A DNA stretch of 64,000 nt, taken from Deinococcus sp. GTDB lineage: Bacteria > Deinococcota > Deinococci > Deinococcales > Deinococcaceae. A program made the translations under genes and the position numbers. The stretch covers positions 362,004 through 426,003 of the forward strand of contig NZ_OZ252036.1 in assembly GCF_965247785.1 (NCBI RefSeq), written 5' to 3'. Under the pieces are notes generated by a model. It was given only the letters and a program-made list of their open reading frames with translations. It ran no database searches and was not told where the DNA came from. This document shows positions 34,388-46,790 of this stretch, one piece after another. Numbering within the stretch: the first letter of the stretch is position 1; each line of letters begins with the position of its first letter.

Positions 34388-34740
34388 GCGGCGGCTTGAC
34401 CACCCACGTGCTCGACACCGCGCGGGGCTGGCCGGCGGCGGGACTGATGCTGGAACTCTACTGGCTGGGCGAGGACGGGCGGGAACGGCTGCTCTCGACC
34501 CTCACCAACAGCGATGGCCGCACCGACGCCCCTCTGATCGCGCGCGGACGGCTGACGGCGGGCGTCTACGAACTGGTCTTCGACGTGGGCGGGTACTTCC
34601 GGGGGTCGGGGCTGACCGGCGCCGACCCGGCCTTTCTGGGGCAGGTGCCGGTGCGCTTCGGCGTGGCCGACACTGGGGCGCACTACCACGTGCCGCTGCT
34701 GGTGTCGCCCTGGGCCTACAGCACCTACCGGGGGAGCTGA
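34384..34740 (+). CDS. uraH: 5-hydroxyisourate hydrolase (transthyretin-like)
   Basis: 118 aa. LTTHVLDTARGWPAAG... with C-terminal YHVPLLVSPWAYSTYRGS, the diagnostic HIUase end. Confidence 0.95.
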   Translation: MSGGLTTHVLDTARGWPAAGLMLELYWLGEDGRERLLSTLTNSDGRTDAPLIARGRLTAGVYELVFDVGGYFRGSGLTGADPAFLGQVPVRFGVADTGAHYHVPLLVSPWAYSTYRGS

Positions 34741-36175
34741 TGACGGGCACGGTCGAGATGACAGGCATGATCGAACTGACCCTGAACGGCATGCCGCGCT
34801 CCATTTCAGGCGTGCTGCCGCACACCACCCTGCTGCACTGGCTGAGAAACGAGGGCCTGACCGGCAGCAAGGAGGGCTGCGCCGAGGGTGAGTGCGGGGC
34901 CTGCGCGGTGCTGCTCTCGCGGCCCACGGAAAGCGGAGGGACGCGGCTGGAGTCGGTCAACGGCTGCCTGCTGCTGCTCGCGGGCCTGCACGGGCAGGCG
35001 GTGCGAACCGTGGAAGGTCTGGGCACGCCTGTGGCGTTACACCCCGTTCAGCATGCACTGGCGGCGCGCGGCGGCAGCCAGTGCGGGTACTGCACCCCCG
35101 GCTTCGTGGTCAGCATGGCCGCCGAGTATTACCGACCAGAACGCGAGATAACCGGGCGCGGCAACGGGTTCGAACTCGAAGCGGTCGGCGGAAACCTCTG
35201 CCGCTGCACCGGCTACCGGCCGATCCGCGACGCGGCGCAAGCGCTCGCGGCACCCGCAGAGGGTGACGCGCTCGCCGAGACGCTCAGGCGGCCATCTCCC
35301 CTGCCGCGCCCGGTGGCGCTGGGTACGTTGTCCGGCGAGTTTCACCGCCCGGAGACGCTGGCAGAGGCCCTGGAGCTGCTCTCCAGGCACCCGCAGGCCA
35401 GACTTCTGGCGGGCGGCACCGATTGGGGCGTGGACGTCAACCTGAAACACGCCCGCGCCACGGTCACGGTCGCGGTCGAGCACTTGCCGGAGCTGAATAC
35501 GCTCGCCTGGACGCCCGACTACGTGGAGCTGGGCGCGGGCCTGAGCTTATCCGAGCTGGAACGGCGGCTGGGTGGGGCCGTGCCTCTGCTGCACGCCTGG
35601 TTCCCGCTGTTCGCCTCGCGGCTGATTCGCAACCGGGCCACGCTGGGAGGCAACCTCGGCACCGCCAGTCCGATCGGCGACAGTCCGCCGGTGCTGCTGG
35701 CACTGGGGGCGGGCGTGGTGCTCGCGTCCTCTTCGGGCGAACGGGAGGTGGCGCTCGCCGACTATTTCACCGGTTACCGGCAGACCGTGCGCCGCCCGGA
35801 TGAGTTCATCCGGGCGGTCAGGATTCCGCTGCCGCTGGCCCCCCGGGTGGGCTTCTATAAGATTACCAAACGCCCCCTGGACGACATTTCGAGCGTGGCG
35901 GTCGGGATCGCCCTGACCCTGGAGGACGGCACGGTGCGGCGCGTTCGGATCGGCCTGGGCGGGGTGGCGGCCACCCCTATCCGGGCGCTCGCCGCCGAAG
36001 AGCTACTGACCGGGAGGCCCTGGACGGCCGCCACCGCCCGGGAAGCGGCCCGCGTGCTGAGGCGGGAGGGCACGCCGCAGGACGACCACCGGGCGAGTGC
36101 CACCTACCGGGCAGCCATGCTGGAAGGGGCGCTGCTGAAATTCTTTCACGAGCAGACCGAAGCCGGGGTGGGCGC

Positions 36176-36179
<4 letters not shown>
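34740..36179 (+). CDS. xdhA: Xanthine dehydrogenase small subunit (2x[2Fe-2S] plus FAD domain)
   Basis: GCAEGECGACAV and GGSQCGYCTPGF..NLCRCTGY are the iron-sulfur motifs, followed by an FAD-binding CO-dehydrogenase-type domain. The ATG overlaps the uraH TGA by 1 nt. Confidence 0.9.
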
Positions 36180-38536
<2,357 letters not shown>

Positions 38537-38542
<6 letters not shown>

Positions 38543-38570
38543 TGGCCGGCGACTGATGGCCGGCGACTGA
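38537..38570. repeat. 14-bp tandem duplication spanning the xdhB stop codon
   Basis: GACTGATGGCCGGC x2 plus GACTGA. Each unit contains TGATG (a stop overlapping a start). The xdhC ATG follows at 38572. Confidence 0.9.
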
Positions 38571-38571
38571 G

Positions 38572-39417
38572 ATGGACTGGCTGACGGTCCTTCAGGAGTT
38601 CAGAGGGCGGAACGAGGCCGCCGTTCTGGTCACCCTGCTCTCGGTACGGGGCCACGCCCCACGCGAGGCCGGGGCCAAGATGGTGGTCGGCCTGGGTGAG
38701 ACGTATGGCAGCGTGGGCGGCGGCAACCTGGAGGCGACGGCGGTGGACCGCGCCCGCCGGATGCTAAAGGACGGGGCAAACGCGCCGGAACTGCTCACCC
38801 TGCGCCTGACTGACCGCGCCCCGGCGGAGTTCGGGCGGCAGTGCTGTGGCGGCGAGGTGACGCTGCTGCTGGAAGCGGTTTACACCGCCCGCCCCGTCGT
38901 GGCGATCTTCGGGGTGGGGCACGTGGGCCTCGCGCTGACACGGCTTCTGGTCACGCTCGACATCGAGCTGCACCTGATCGATTCACGGGGCGGGCAACTG
39001 GCTGCGGAGCGGCTGGCGGCGCTGAGTCTGGAAGCTCTGGCCCGGGTCCACGCTCACCACGCCCCGATTCCCGAACTGGTGCTGGACGACCTGCCCGCGC
39101 ACGCCCACCTGCTGATCATGACCCACGACCACGCCGAGGACGCCGCCATTCTGGACGCGGCCCTGCGGCGCGAAACAGGGTTCGTCGGGCTGATCGGATC
39201 GGGCGCCAAGTGGGGGCGGTTCCGAGAGCAACTGCTGTCGCTGGGACATACACCCGCCACGCTGGAGCGCGTGACCACCCCCATCGGCCTGCCGGGAATA
39301 ACGAGCAAGCGGCCGGAGATGATCGCGGTCTCGGTGGCGGCCCAGATCGCGGGGCTGCTGGAGGCAAACCGGGCGGGACCAGGCGTTCCGGGACCACAGC
39401 GGGAGCAGACGCGCTGA
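38572..39417 (+). CDS. xdhC: Xanthine dehydrogenase accessory/maturation protein XdhC
   Basis: 281 aa. VRGHAPREAGAKMVV..GSVGGGNLE and VAIFGVGHVG..MTHDHAEDAAIL are XdhC/CoxI family motifs. Confidence 0.9.
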   Translation: MDWLTVLQEFRGRNEAAVLVTLLSVRGHAPREAGAKMVVGLGETYGSVGGGNLEATAVDRARRMLKDGANAPELLTLRLTDRAPAEFGRQCCGGEVTLLLEAVYTARPVVAIFGVGHVGLALTRLLVTLDIELHLIDSRGGQLAAERLAALSLEALARVHAHHAPIPELVLDDLPAHAHLLIMTHDHAEDAAILDAALRRETGFVGLIGSGAKWGRFREQLLSLGHTPATLERVTTPIGLPGITSKRPEMIAVSVAAQIAGLLEANRAGPGVPGPQREQTR

Positions 39418-39431
39418 ACGCAGGCCAGATC

Positions 39432-39786
39432 GATTCCGGCCAGGGCAACTGTTCATAAAGATTCCGGCCAAACAGGGATGAAAGAACTGTTGACCAAGGC
39501 CAGCGGGCAGGCGTCCTGAAGGGCGTCCGTTCTGCCCAAGAAGCGGGCAGGCGTCCTCATGGGCGCTGCTTTGCCCAAGCGGCGAAGCGTCGCCACCCTC
39601 TGGTGCAAGGACGGGCTGACAAATCGACCAAGAGGGCGGGCCTCCCCCGGCCGACCTATATCTCCGCGCGGCGCTGTCCTCGCCAAAAAGACGCGGGCAG
39701 GCGTCCTAGAGGGCGCCCGTTGTGACCAGGAGAAGAAGCCAGAATAAAGAAGGCAGACAGATAAATGGCGGGGTTCCATGTTTCTG
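39432..39786. repeat. Mosaic repeat type II (copy E)
   Basis: Same end modules as copy B (..AACTGTTGACCAAGGCCAGC and CCAGGAGAAGAAGCCAGAATAAAGAAGGCAGACAGATAAATGGCGGGGTTCCAT) with extra central units. Confidence 0.65.
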
Positions 39787-39932
39787 ACGCATCAGACGGC
39801 GGTCCGTATCCCTGGACCGGACGAACGGACCGGACACGCCGCCCAGGTTGACTTCCCGGCCGGCCGGCTTCTAGATTCGGGGGCGAGGCGTGCCGCCACG
39901 GTTCGGGGCACTTGCTTCCCCGGAGACCACCC

Positions 39933-41423
39933 ATGACCGTTCAAGCCGGACACCTCCTGATGGTCGACCTCCCTGGCCCCACGCTGGACGCCGACACCGC
40001 CGCACACCTGAACGCCCACCAGATCCGCGCGGTCTGCCTGTTCGGCAAGAACGTGCAGGACGAGGAGCAACTGCGCCGCCTGTGTCGTGACCTGCGCGAG
40101 GTGATGGGCGAGGACGCCCTGATCGCCATCGACCACGAGGGCGGCGCGATCCTGCGTACCCCGTTCTGGCCCGCGCCGCCCAGTGCCATGAGCCTCGGGG
40201 CCGCCGCCGACCTGACGCTCACCCGCGAGGTGAACGTGGCGCTCGCCCGGCAACTGCGCTCGGTAGGCATCAACTGGAACTTCGCGCCGGTGGTGGATGT
40301 CAACACCCAACTGGCCAATCCGGTGATCGGGGTACGGGCCTTCGGTGCAGACCCCGCGCTGGTGACCCGGCACGCACTCGCCGCCTGCGCCGGGCAGGGG
40401 GCGGAGGGGGTGGCCAGTTGCGTCAAGCACTTCCCCGGCCACGGCGACACCCACCAGGACAGCCACCTGGCGCTCCCCCGGGTGGACCGGTCCAGGAGCG
40501 ACCTGGAACACGTCGAATTCGTTCCGTTCCGGGCGGCGGTGCGGGCGGGGGTTCCGGCCTTCATGACCGCCCACATCATCTATTCGGTGCTCGACAGTGA
40601 GCGTCCGGCCACCCTCAGCCGCCCGATCCTCACCGGTCTGCTGAGAGAGGAGTGGGGCTACGACGGCGTGATCGTGACCGACAGCATGGGCATGCGGGCC
40701 ATCGACGACCATTACGGGCGCGGTGAGGCGGCGGTGCTGAGCCTGGCGGCGGGCGCAGACCTGATCATGGCGCTCGGAAAGCGGGAGGCCCAGTTCGCCA
40801 CCCTTTCAAGCGTCGCGGCGGCTCTGGGCGGCGGCACACTGGAGCCGGCAAGTATGTCCAGGAGTGTAGAACGGCTCTCCCGGCTGGCGCGGCGGTTTCC
40901 GGCCCAGGCGCTGCCGGACGCGCAACGCGGCAGCGACGCGGCCCTGTTTGCCCGCGCCTGGCGACGCGGGCTGGTCACGGTGGGGGCCGCCGCGCCGCCC
41001 GCGCCCGGCGGCCGCGTGACCCTGATCGCCCGGCGCGAGGAGGCCCGCGAGACCGTCAGCGAGGCCGGGCTTCCCGCCCGCGCCCTGGCCCGCGCGCTCG
41101 CCCCGCTGTACGACCTGAAGGTGCTCGACTACGAAGACGCCGCCGACCTCGACTGGGCCGCGCTGCGCTCCGAGTCAGATCAGGAGGGCCGCTCCCTGCT
41201 GCTCGCCACCGCCGGACGGCACCTCCAGCCCGGCCTGGCGGCGGCCCGCCCCGACCTCCACCTGTGCCTGTACAACGCCTACAGCGTGCTCGACGTGCCC
41301 GCCCCGGCGCTGCTGAGCTTCGGGGCGCAGCCGGAAGCTCTGGAAGCGGTGGTGGACTGGCTGCGCGGCGAGGTGCAGGCGGGCGGCACCCTGCCGTTTC
41401 CTGGGCCGGGAGGACGGAACTAG
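39933..41423 (+). CDS. Glycoside hydrolase family 3, NagZ-like beta-N-acetylhexosaminidase
   Basis: IAIDHEGGAILR, NWNFAPVVDV, KHFPGHGDTHQDSHLALP and VIVTDSMGMRAI are GH3 N-domain motifs. The ATG at 39933 sits behind GGAGA. Confidence 0.8.
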   Translation: MTVQAGHLLMVDLPGPTLDADTAAHLNAHQIRAVCLFGKNVQDEEQLRRLCRDLREVMGEDALIAIDHEGGAILRTPFWPAPPSAMSLGAAADLTLTREVNVALARQLRSVGINWNFAPVVDVNTQLANPVIGVRAFGADPALVTRHALAACAGQGAEGVASCVKHFPGHGDTHQDSHLALPRVDRSRSDLEHVEFVPFRAAVRAGVPAFMTAHIIYSVLDSERPATLSRPILTGLLREEWGYDGVIVTDSMGMRAIDDHYGRGEAAVLSLAAGADLIMALGKREAQFATLSSVAAALGGGTLEPASMSRSVERLSRLARRFPAQALPDAQRGSDAALFARAWRRGLVTVGAAAPPAPGGRVTLIARREEARETVSEAGLPARALARALAPLYDLKVLDYEDAADLDWAALRSESDQEGRSLLLATAGRHLQPGLAAARPDLHLCLYNAYSVLDVPAPALLSFGAQPEALEAVVDWLRGEVQAGGTLPFPGPGGRN

Positions 41424-41479
41424 AGACCGCGCATTCAGGGCTGTGCCGCTCCGATCTGGGCCGCTATGCTGCCTGCAAG

Positions 41480-42808
41480 ATGTCAGACCGTACGCTCTAC
41501 CGCGCTTGCTTCATGCACACCCCGGCCAGTCCGTTTGTTCGCCCGGACGCCCTGCACACCGAGACGGACGGCGGCGTGCTGGTGCAGGACGGGACGATTC
41601 TCGCCAGTGGCGATTATCCGGTGATCCGGGCCGGGGCTCCGGACGCCGAGGTTCACGACCTGCGGGGCCCCGATTCTCAGCCGGGCGTGCTGCTGCCGGG
41701 ATTTGTGGACACCCATATTCACTATCCGCAGGTGCGGGTGCTGGGTGGGCTGGGGATGAGATTGCTGGAATGGCTGGACCGCAATACCCTGCCGGAGGAG
41801 GCGAAATTCGCCGACGCCGCCTACGCCCGCGCGGTGGCTGGAGAATTCCTGTCGGGCCTGGCCAGTCACGGCACCACCACCGCGCTGGTGTTCGGCAGCC
41901 ACTTCGCCTCTGGCATGGACGAATTCTTTGCCCTGGCGCAGGAAGCGGGCCTGCGGATCGTGGCCGGACAGGTGGTGAGCGACCGGATGCTCAGGCCGGA
42001 ACTGCACACCACGCCGGAACGCGCCTACAGCGAGGGCAGGGCCCTGATTCGGCGCTGGCATGGCCGGGGACGGCTGCTCTACGCGGTCACGCCCAGGTTC
42101 TCGCTCAGCGCCTCCGAGGGCGTGCTGGACGCCTGCGCCGCGCTGCTGCACGAAACTCCGGGGGCGCGTTTCACGACCCACATCAACGAGAACGTGCAGG
42201 AGACCCAGACGGTGCGCGAACTGTTCCCGGACGCGCGCGATTATCTGGACACCTACGAACAGGCCGGACTGCTGGGGCGGCGCAGCGTGCTGGCGCACAA
42301 CGTCCATCCGCTGGAACGGGAACTGGAGAGCATGGCTTCCCACGCCTGCACCGCCGCCCACTGCCCGTGCAGCAACAGCGCGCTCGGCAGCGGATTCTTT
42401 CCGCTGGGTCGGCATCTGGCGGCGGGCGTTCACGTTTCCCTCGGCACCGACGTGGGCGGCGGTACCGGCTTCGGTCTGCTCAAGGAGGGGCTCCAGGCGT
42501 ACTTCATGCAGGGGCTGATGCCGGGCGGGCACCCGCTCTCCCCCGCCCACCTGCTGTACCTGTCCACCCTGGCCGGGGCCGAGGCGCTCGACCTTCAGGC
42601 CACCACGGGAGATTTCAGCGCGGGCAAGGCGTTCGACGCCGTGTACCTCCGGCCGCCGCCCGGCACGCCGCTGGAGGCCGTGATGACGCACGCCGAGGGG
42701 CCGGAGCGGGTGCTGGCCGCCCTCTTCACGCTCGGGAGCGCGACAGACGTGCGTCAGGTCTGGGTGGGTGGTGACCGGGTGTACGCCAGCCGGAATGACG
42801 CCGAGTAG
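41480..42808 (+). CDS. guaD: Guanine deaminase
   Basis: 442 aa. LLPGFVDTHIHYPQ..., TPRFSLSAS, FTTHINEN and GTDVGGG are guanine-deaminase/amidohydrolase motifs. The track ORF's upstream extension is rejected. Confidence 0.85.
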   Translation: MSDRTLYRACFMHTPASPFVRPDALHTETDGGVLVQDGTILASGDYPVIRAGAPDAEVHDLRGPDSQPGVLLPGFVDTHIHYPQVRVLGGLGMRLLEWLDRNTLPEEAKFADAAYARAVAGEFLSGLASHGTTTALVFGSHFASGMDEFFALAQEAGLRIVAGQVVSDRMLRPELHTTPERAYSEGRALIRRWHGRGRLLYAVTPRFSLSASEGVLDACAALLHETPGARFTTHINENVQETQTVRELFPDARDYLDTYEQAGLLGRRSVLAHNVHPLERELESMASHACTAAHCPCSNSALGSGFFPLGRHLAAGVHVSLGTDVGGGTGFGLLKEGLQAYFMQGLMPGGHPLSPAHLLYLSTLAGAEALDLQATTGDFSAGKAFDAVYLRPPPGTPLEAVMTHAEGPERVLAALFTLGSATDVRQVWVGGDRVYASRNDAE

Positions 42809-42833
42809 AAAAACTGACGCCGAGTAGAAAAGG
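42796..42833. repeat. 19-bp tandem duplication spanning the guaD stop codon
   Basis: TGACGCCGAGTAGAAAAAC followed by TGACGCCGAGTAGAAAAGG. The first copy holds the TAG (42806-42808). Confidence 0.9.
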
Positions 42834-42846
42834 CGAGCCCCGCGCC

Positions 42847-45800
42847 CTATTCGCTCAGCCTGCGCCGTTCGAGCCGCAGCGAGAGCACCTGATACGGCGT
42901 GACCGCCAGTGTCAGGGCGTCGTTCGTGACCTCCATTTCGCCCTGCTCCTCTTCCAGCAGGTTGACCACCCAGGCCCGCTCCAGTCCGGCGAGAGTCAGG
43001 GTGGCCTCGCCCCGCTCGCCGTGCCCCTCATACACGCGCAGGATCAAGGCCCCATCTCCGGCCTCGGCGAGCTTCAGGGCGCTGGGCATCACGGGCAGGC
43101 CGGTCAGGTGGAAGGCCGGGCCCTCCGCCCGCATCCCGCTCACCGCCAGCAGGGGGCTGTTCAGGTCGAAGCCCTGGCGCGGGGTGTGCGCCTGCCGCCA
43201 GTCTCCGGCGTGCGGATACAGGGCGTAGGTCACCGAGTGGCGGCCCAGGTCGGCCAGCGGGTCGGGCCACATCGGGCCGCGCAGCAGGCTGATCGCCAGC
43301 GTGTCGCCCAGGGCGCTGTGGCCGTAGCGGCCATCGTTGAGCAGCGACAGGCCGTAGCCCGGCTCGGAGAGGTCGAGCCAGCGGTGGGTGCTGACCTCGA
43401 AGCGCGCCCGGTCGGCCGGGGTGTTGCGGTGGCTGGGCCGCGCCTGTGCCCCCATCGCCGTCTCGGCCCAGACCTCGTGGCTGCGGGCGTTCACCTGACA
43501 TTCCGCCCGCAGCAGGGTGCGCCGCTCGTGCCAGTCGGCCTCGAACTGCACCTCCAGTCGTTGCTGCCCGGCCCGCAGCACGAAGGTCTGCATCACCTCG
43601 CTGCCACGCCAGAGATGCCGTACCCGCACCGACGCCTGGAGCGGCCCGGTCTGCGTCACCTCGACGGTGCATTCTCCGCCGAGGGGTTGCCCCAGTGACA
43701 CCTCCCCGGCGGCGTCCAGGCCATGCGCCACGTCCCAGGCTTCCCAGGCGTAGGGCAGATCGGGATACACCACCAGTTGCAGACCGTCCGCGCCCAGCGC
43801 CTCGCGCACCGCCGCGTGATCATAGAGCCGCGTGAGCCGCCCGTCGGCACCGATCTCGGCCCGCAGTCCGGGGTGTTCCAGCACCGCGCCGCCGGCCTCG
43901 ACCCAGGCCCGCACGCCGCCTCCGGAGGCAGTCGCCCCGCCCGTCCCGCCCGGCTGCACGCGGAGCCGAAGCTGTCCCAGCGCTGGAACTTCCAGTTCGG
44001 GCGCGTGGACGAGCAGGCCGCCCTCGACCCGCTGGACGCTCAATGAGGCGCCGTCCTCGGTCTGCACGCTCTGCTGCTCTTCCAGGCCCGGCAACAGCAC
44101 CGTCAGGGGCCGGTTCCAGGTGGCGGGGTTGAAGACCGTCCATACCCCGTCCTGTGCCTGCTGGCCGGAAGCCACGAGTTCGGCGGCCTGCGCCACCACG
44201 CCCTCCAGTTCGGGTTCGGCGGTGCTGTATACCTCTCTGATACTGCTCCCCGGCAGGATGTCGTGGAACTGGTTGAGCAGCACCGTCTTCCAGAGGAGTT
44301 CAACCTCGGCCTGAGCCGCGGTGCCCGAGAGGGCGTTCAGCGCCTCGGCCTCCAGCAGCCGGTGCTCGGCCTGACGGTTGAGCCGCTTGATCCGCGCCTG
44401 CGAGGTCAGGGTGCCCCGGTGCAGCTCCAGGTACAGCTCGCCCGACCAGACCGGAAGGCCCGACTGGGGCAGCGCGGCGAAGAAGTCGTCCACCCGGGTC
44501 ATCTCCAGGGTCGGAAGCGCCGGGAAGTGGCGCAGCAGATCGTAGGCGCTCAGCATCTCGGCGCTGGGGCCGCCGCCGCCGTCGCCGTAGCCGAAGGTGA
44601 ACAGGCTGCTGGCCTGCCCCTGCCCCCACGCCGCCGCCGACTTGCCGCCGAAGTTCTGCCAGGCGGTCACGAGGTCGTGCGGGTGTACGTCGCCGTTGTA
44701 GTTGCCCAGGCCGGCGCGGCGGCCGCTGGGATTGTCGAAGCTGTGGGCCAGCACCCGGCTGCCGTCCAGACCCTCCCAGTGGAAGAGATCATGGGGAAAG
44801 CGGGTCTCCTCGTTCCAGTTGAGCTTGGTGGTGAAGAAACCCGGGATGCCCGCCTGGAGCAGGAGCTGCGGCAACGCCGGGGTGAAGCCGAAGGTGTCGG
44901 GCAGCCAGGCCACCGTGCAGACCCGCCCGAACTCCCGCCGGAAATACGCCTGGCCGTACAGCAGGTGCCGGGCCAGCGCCTCGCCGCCGCTCATCTGGCA
45001 GTCGGGCTCGACCCACATGCCGCCCACCGGCTCGAAGCGCCCCTCATGCACCCGTCGCCTGATTCCTTCGAAGAGGGCGGGGTCGTCTTCCTGCATCCAG
45101 GCGTAGAGCTGCGCCGAACTCTGGTTGAAGGTGAAGTCGGGGAAGCGCTCCATCAGTTCCAGCACGGTGTGCAGGGTACGCCGCCCCTTGCGCCGGGTCT
45201 CGTGCACCGGCCACAGCCAGCCGAGGTCGAGGTGCGCGTGGCCGCTCAGCGCCAGCCGGCCGCGCGGCGGAAAGAGGGCGGCCAGGGCGGCCAGGCCCGC
45301 TCGCAGCGCGTTGCCGGCGGCCATCACCCGCTCCAGCACCTCGGGGGTGAGCGGTTCCGGCTGGGGCAGGGGCTCCGGCAGGCTCCAGAGGCCCTGGGTG
45401 AAGGTCTCGCCGCCGCCGAGTTCGTGCAGGCGCGACAGGTACCCCGCCTCGCCGCTGGGCCAGTCGAGCCGGGCCAGCACCTCGTCCACGAGGTTCAGCA
45501 GCCGCTCGGCCACCTCGCTGTCGCCTCCGGGTTCCGCTCCAGCAAGCGCTTCCCTTCCCAGCACCCGGATGGCCGCCGCCGTGCCCGTCAGGTCGGCGTG
45601 CAGCCGCCCGATTTCGGGCTGCGGCACCGACAGCCGGGCGCGTTCCAGGTGGGGCCGGGCGACCGGCGAACCGAACAGACCGCGCGGCACGGCCAAGACC
45701 TCGATGCTCAGGCGCTCTCCCCCGGCGCAGCGCCCGTGCAGCGGGAAGACCCGGTGGTACGGGTTGACGCCGCCGCAGTAAACCTGCACGCCGTCGAGGT

Positions 45801-46287
45801 GAGCGGTCAGCAACGCCTCGCCGCCGACCTCCAGCGTGAGGGTCAGCGGCTGGAGAGCGAAATCGGCGGGTACGGTCAGCTCAGCCCTCAGGCGAACCGG
45901 CCGGTCGGTCAGTGCCGGGCCGGAGACGGGCCAGCGATCACCTTCCTGCAAGGTGGCCTGGATGCCGCCGGGCGCGCTGAAGTGCCACCCCTGGATCACC
46001 ACCCAGCGGGCGTCCCGCCAGGCCCCCAGGTTGCCGATCTGCGCCTCCAGAGCGCGCAGCCGCCGCTCCAGCCGCGAGAGCGTCACGGTGCGAATACCCG
46101 GTTCGGCGAGCACCGCTCTCCCGGGGCCGACACCCTGCTGGCCCCGGGGCGGTGGTTCTGCAAGTATTGGTCCGGCCACCCGAAGTCGGCCGCCCTGCAC
46201 CCGGACGGAAAAATCGATCTCGCCCCCTGGCTCTGCTGGTTGTTCATGACTTCCAGAATAGTCCTGAAAACTCAGGCAGGTCTGCAT
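42847..46287 (-). CDS. Glycoside hydrolase family 38 alpha-mannosidase
   Basis: About 1100 aa. LSGHAHLDLGWLWP, FNQSSAQLYAW, GMWVEPDCQMSGGEAL and WLPDTFGF are GH38 catalytic-domain motifs. The start codon is uncertain within about 46100-46314. Confidence 0.85.
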   Translation of the reverse strand: MQTCLSFQDYSGSHEQPAEPGGEIDFSVRVQGGRLRVAGPILAEPPPRGQQGVGPGRAVLAEPGIRTVTLSRLERRLRALEAQIGNLGAWRDARWVVIQGWHFSAPGGIQATLQEGDRWPVSGPALTDRPVRLRAELTVPADFALQPLTLTLEVGGEALLTAHLDGVQVYCGGVNPYHRVFPLHGRCAGGERLSIEVLAVPRGLFGSPVARPHLERARLSVPQPEIGRLHADLTGTAAAIRVLGREALAGAEPGGDSEVAERLLNLVDEVLARLDWPSGEAGYLSRLHELGGGETFTQGLWSLPEPLPQPEPLTPEVLERVMAAGNALRAGLAALAALFPPRGRLALSGHAHLDLGWLWPVHETRRKGRRTLHTVLELMERFPDFTFNQSSAQLYAWMQEDDPALFEGIRRRVHEGRFEPVGGMWVEPDCQMSGGEALARHLLYGQAYFRREFGRVCTVAWLPDTFGFTPALPQLLLQAGIPGFFTTKLNWNEETRFPHDLFHWEGLDGSRVLAHSFDNPSGRRAGLGNYNGDVHPHDLVTAWQNFGGKSAAAWGQGQASSLFTFGYGDGGGGPSAEMLSAYDLLRHFPALPTLEMTRVDDFFAALPQSGLPVWSGELYLELHRGTLTSQARIKRLNRQAEHRLLEAEALNALSGTAAQAEVELLWKTVLLNQFHDILPGSSIREVYSTAEPELEGVVAQAAELVASGQQAQDGVWTVFNPATWNRPLTVLLPGLEEQQSVQTEDGASLSVQRVEGGLLVHAPELEVPALGQLRLRVQPGGTGGATASGGGVRAWVEAGGAVLEHPGLRAEIGADGRLTRLYDHAAVREALGADGLQLVVYPDLPYAWEAWDVAHGLDAAGEVSLGQPLGGECTVEVTQTGPLQASVRVRHLWRGSEVMQTFVLRAGQQRLEVQFEADWHERRTLLRAECQVNARSHEVWAETAMGAQARPSHRNTPADRARFEVSTHRWLDLSEPGYGLSLLNDGRYGHSALGDTLAISLLRGPMWPDPLADLGRHSVTYALYPHAGDWRQAHTPRQGFDLNSPLLAVSGMRAEGPAFHLTGLPVMPSALKLAEAGDGALILRVYEGHGERGEATLTLAGLERAWVVNLLEEEQGEMEVTNDALTLAVTPYQVLSLRLERRRLSE

Positions 46288-46430
46288 CCGCTCCAGACAG
46301 GGGGAAGCCCGCACCTCTCTGCCGGATCAGGACAGGATTTACTCTCCCGATTTTGCTGTCATGCGTTCTGGGCGTCTGTCCGGGTGTGCGGCAGTCGGCG
46401 TTGCCATCATCCTGGCGACCGGAAGCCGCC

Positions 46431-46790
46431 TCATACGGTGGTTCTCCAATTCCAGGGAAGGTGGGCGGGGTCCCCACCTTCCCGTCTTCTTGGCCAGAAC
46501 AGCGCCCGTCTTGGTCAGAACAGCGCCCAGCAGGCGCTTGACCGCATGAGCACGCCTGCCCGCTTCTTGGGCAGAACGGACGCGCTTGAGCACGCCTGCC
46601 CGCTTCTTGGGCAGAACGGACGCGCTTGAGCACGCCTGCCCGCTTCTTGGGCAGAACGGACGCGCTTGAGCACGCCTGCCCGCTTCCGCTTCCTCCTCTG
46701 CCTAACCGTCGTTGTTGCGACTCACGGCCTCCCTGGGCTGGCGCGTTCCGCTCGCCGATACTCTCAGAGTGTTGTGTGACACCGTATCAC
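46431..46790. repeat. Mosaic repeat type I, complete copy F, containing 3 perfect 40-bp tandem units
   Basis: TA-CGGTGGTTCTCCAATTCCAGGG ... CACACAACACTCTGAGAGTATCGGCGAGCGG ... GTGTGACACCG-TA, that is, terminal inverted repeats flanked by TA on both sides. The unit CGCTTCTTGGGCAGAACGGACGCGCTTGAGCACGCCTGCC occurs x3 at 46561-46680. Confidence 0.75.

Noticed and set aside
34347-34739. The N-terminal extension of xdhA (track ORF 34347-36179). Similar extensions occur on guaD (41264-41479), the ABC permease (24156-24623), the amidohydrolase (19281-19418) and the SBP (49321-49455).
   Set aside because: The extensions overlap well-supported upstream genes or have shadow composition. Internal starts with overlap-coupling or SD sequences fit the family N-termini.
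46561-46680. Three perfect 40-bp direct repeats, which superficially resemble a CRISPR array. Similar arrays occur at 8575-8650 and 60390-60500.
   Set aside because: The units are directly adjacent with no unique spacers. They are internal modules of the mosaic repeat family found at eight loci. No cas genes or leader are present.
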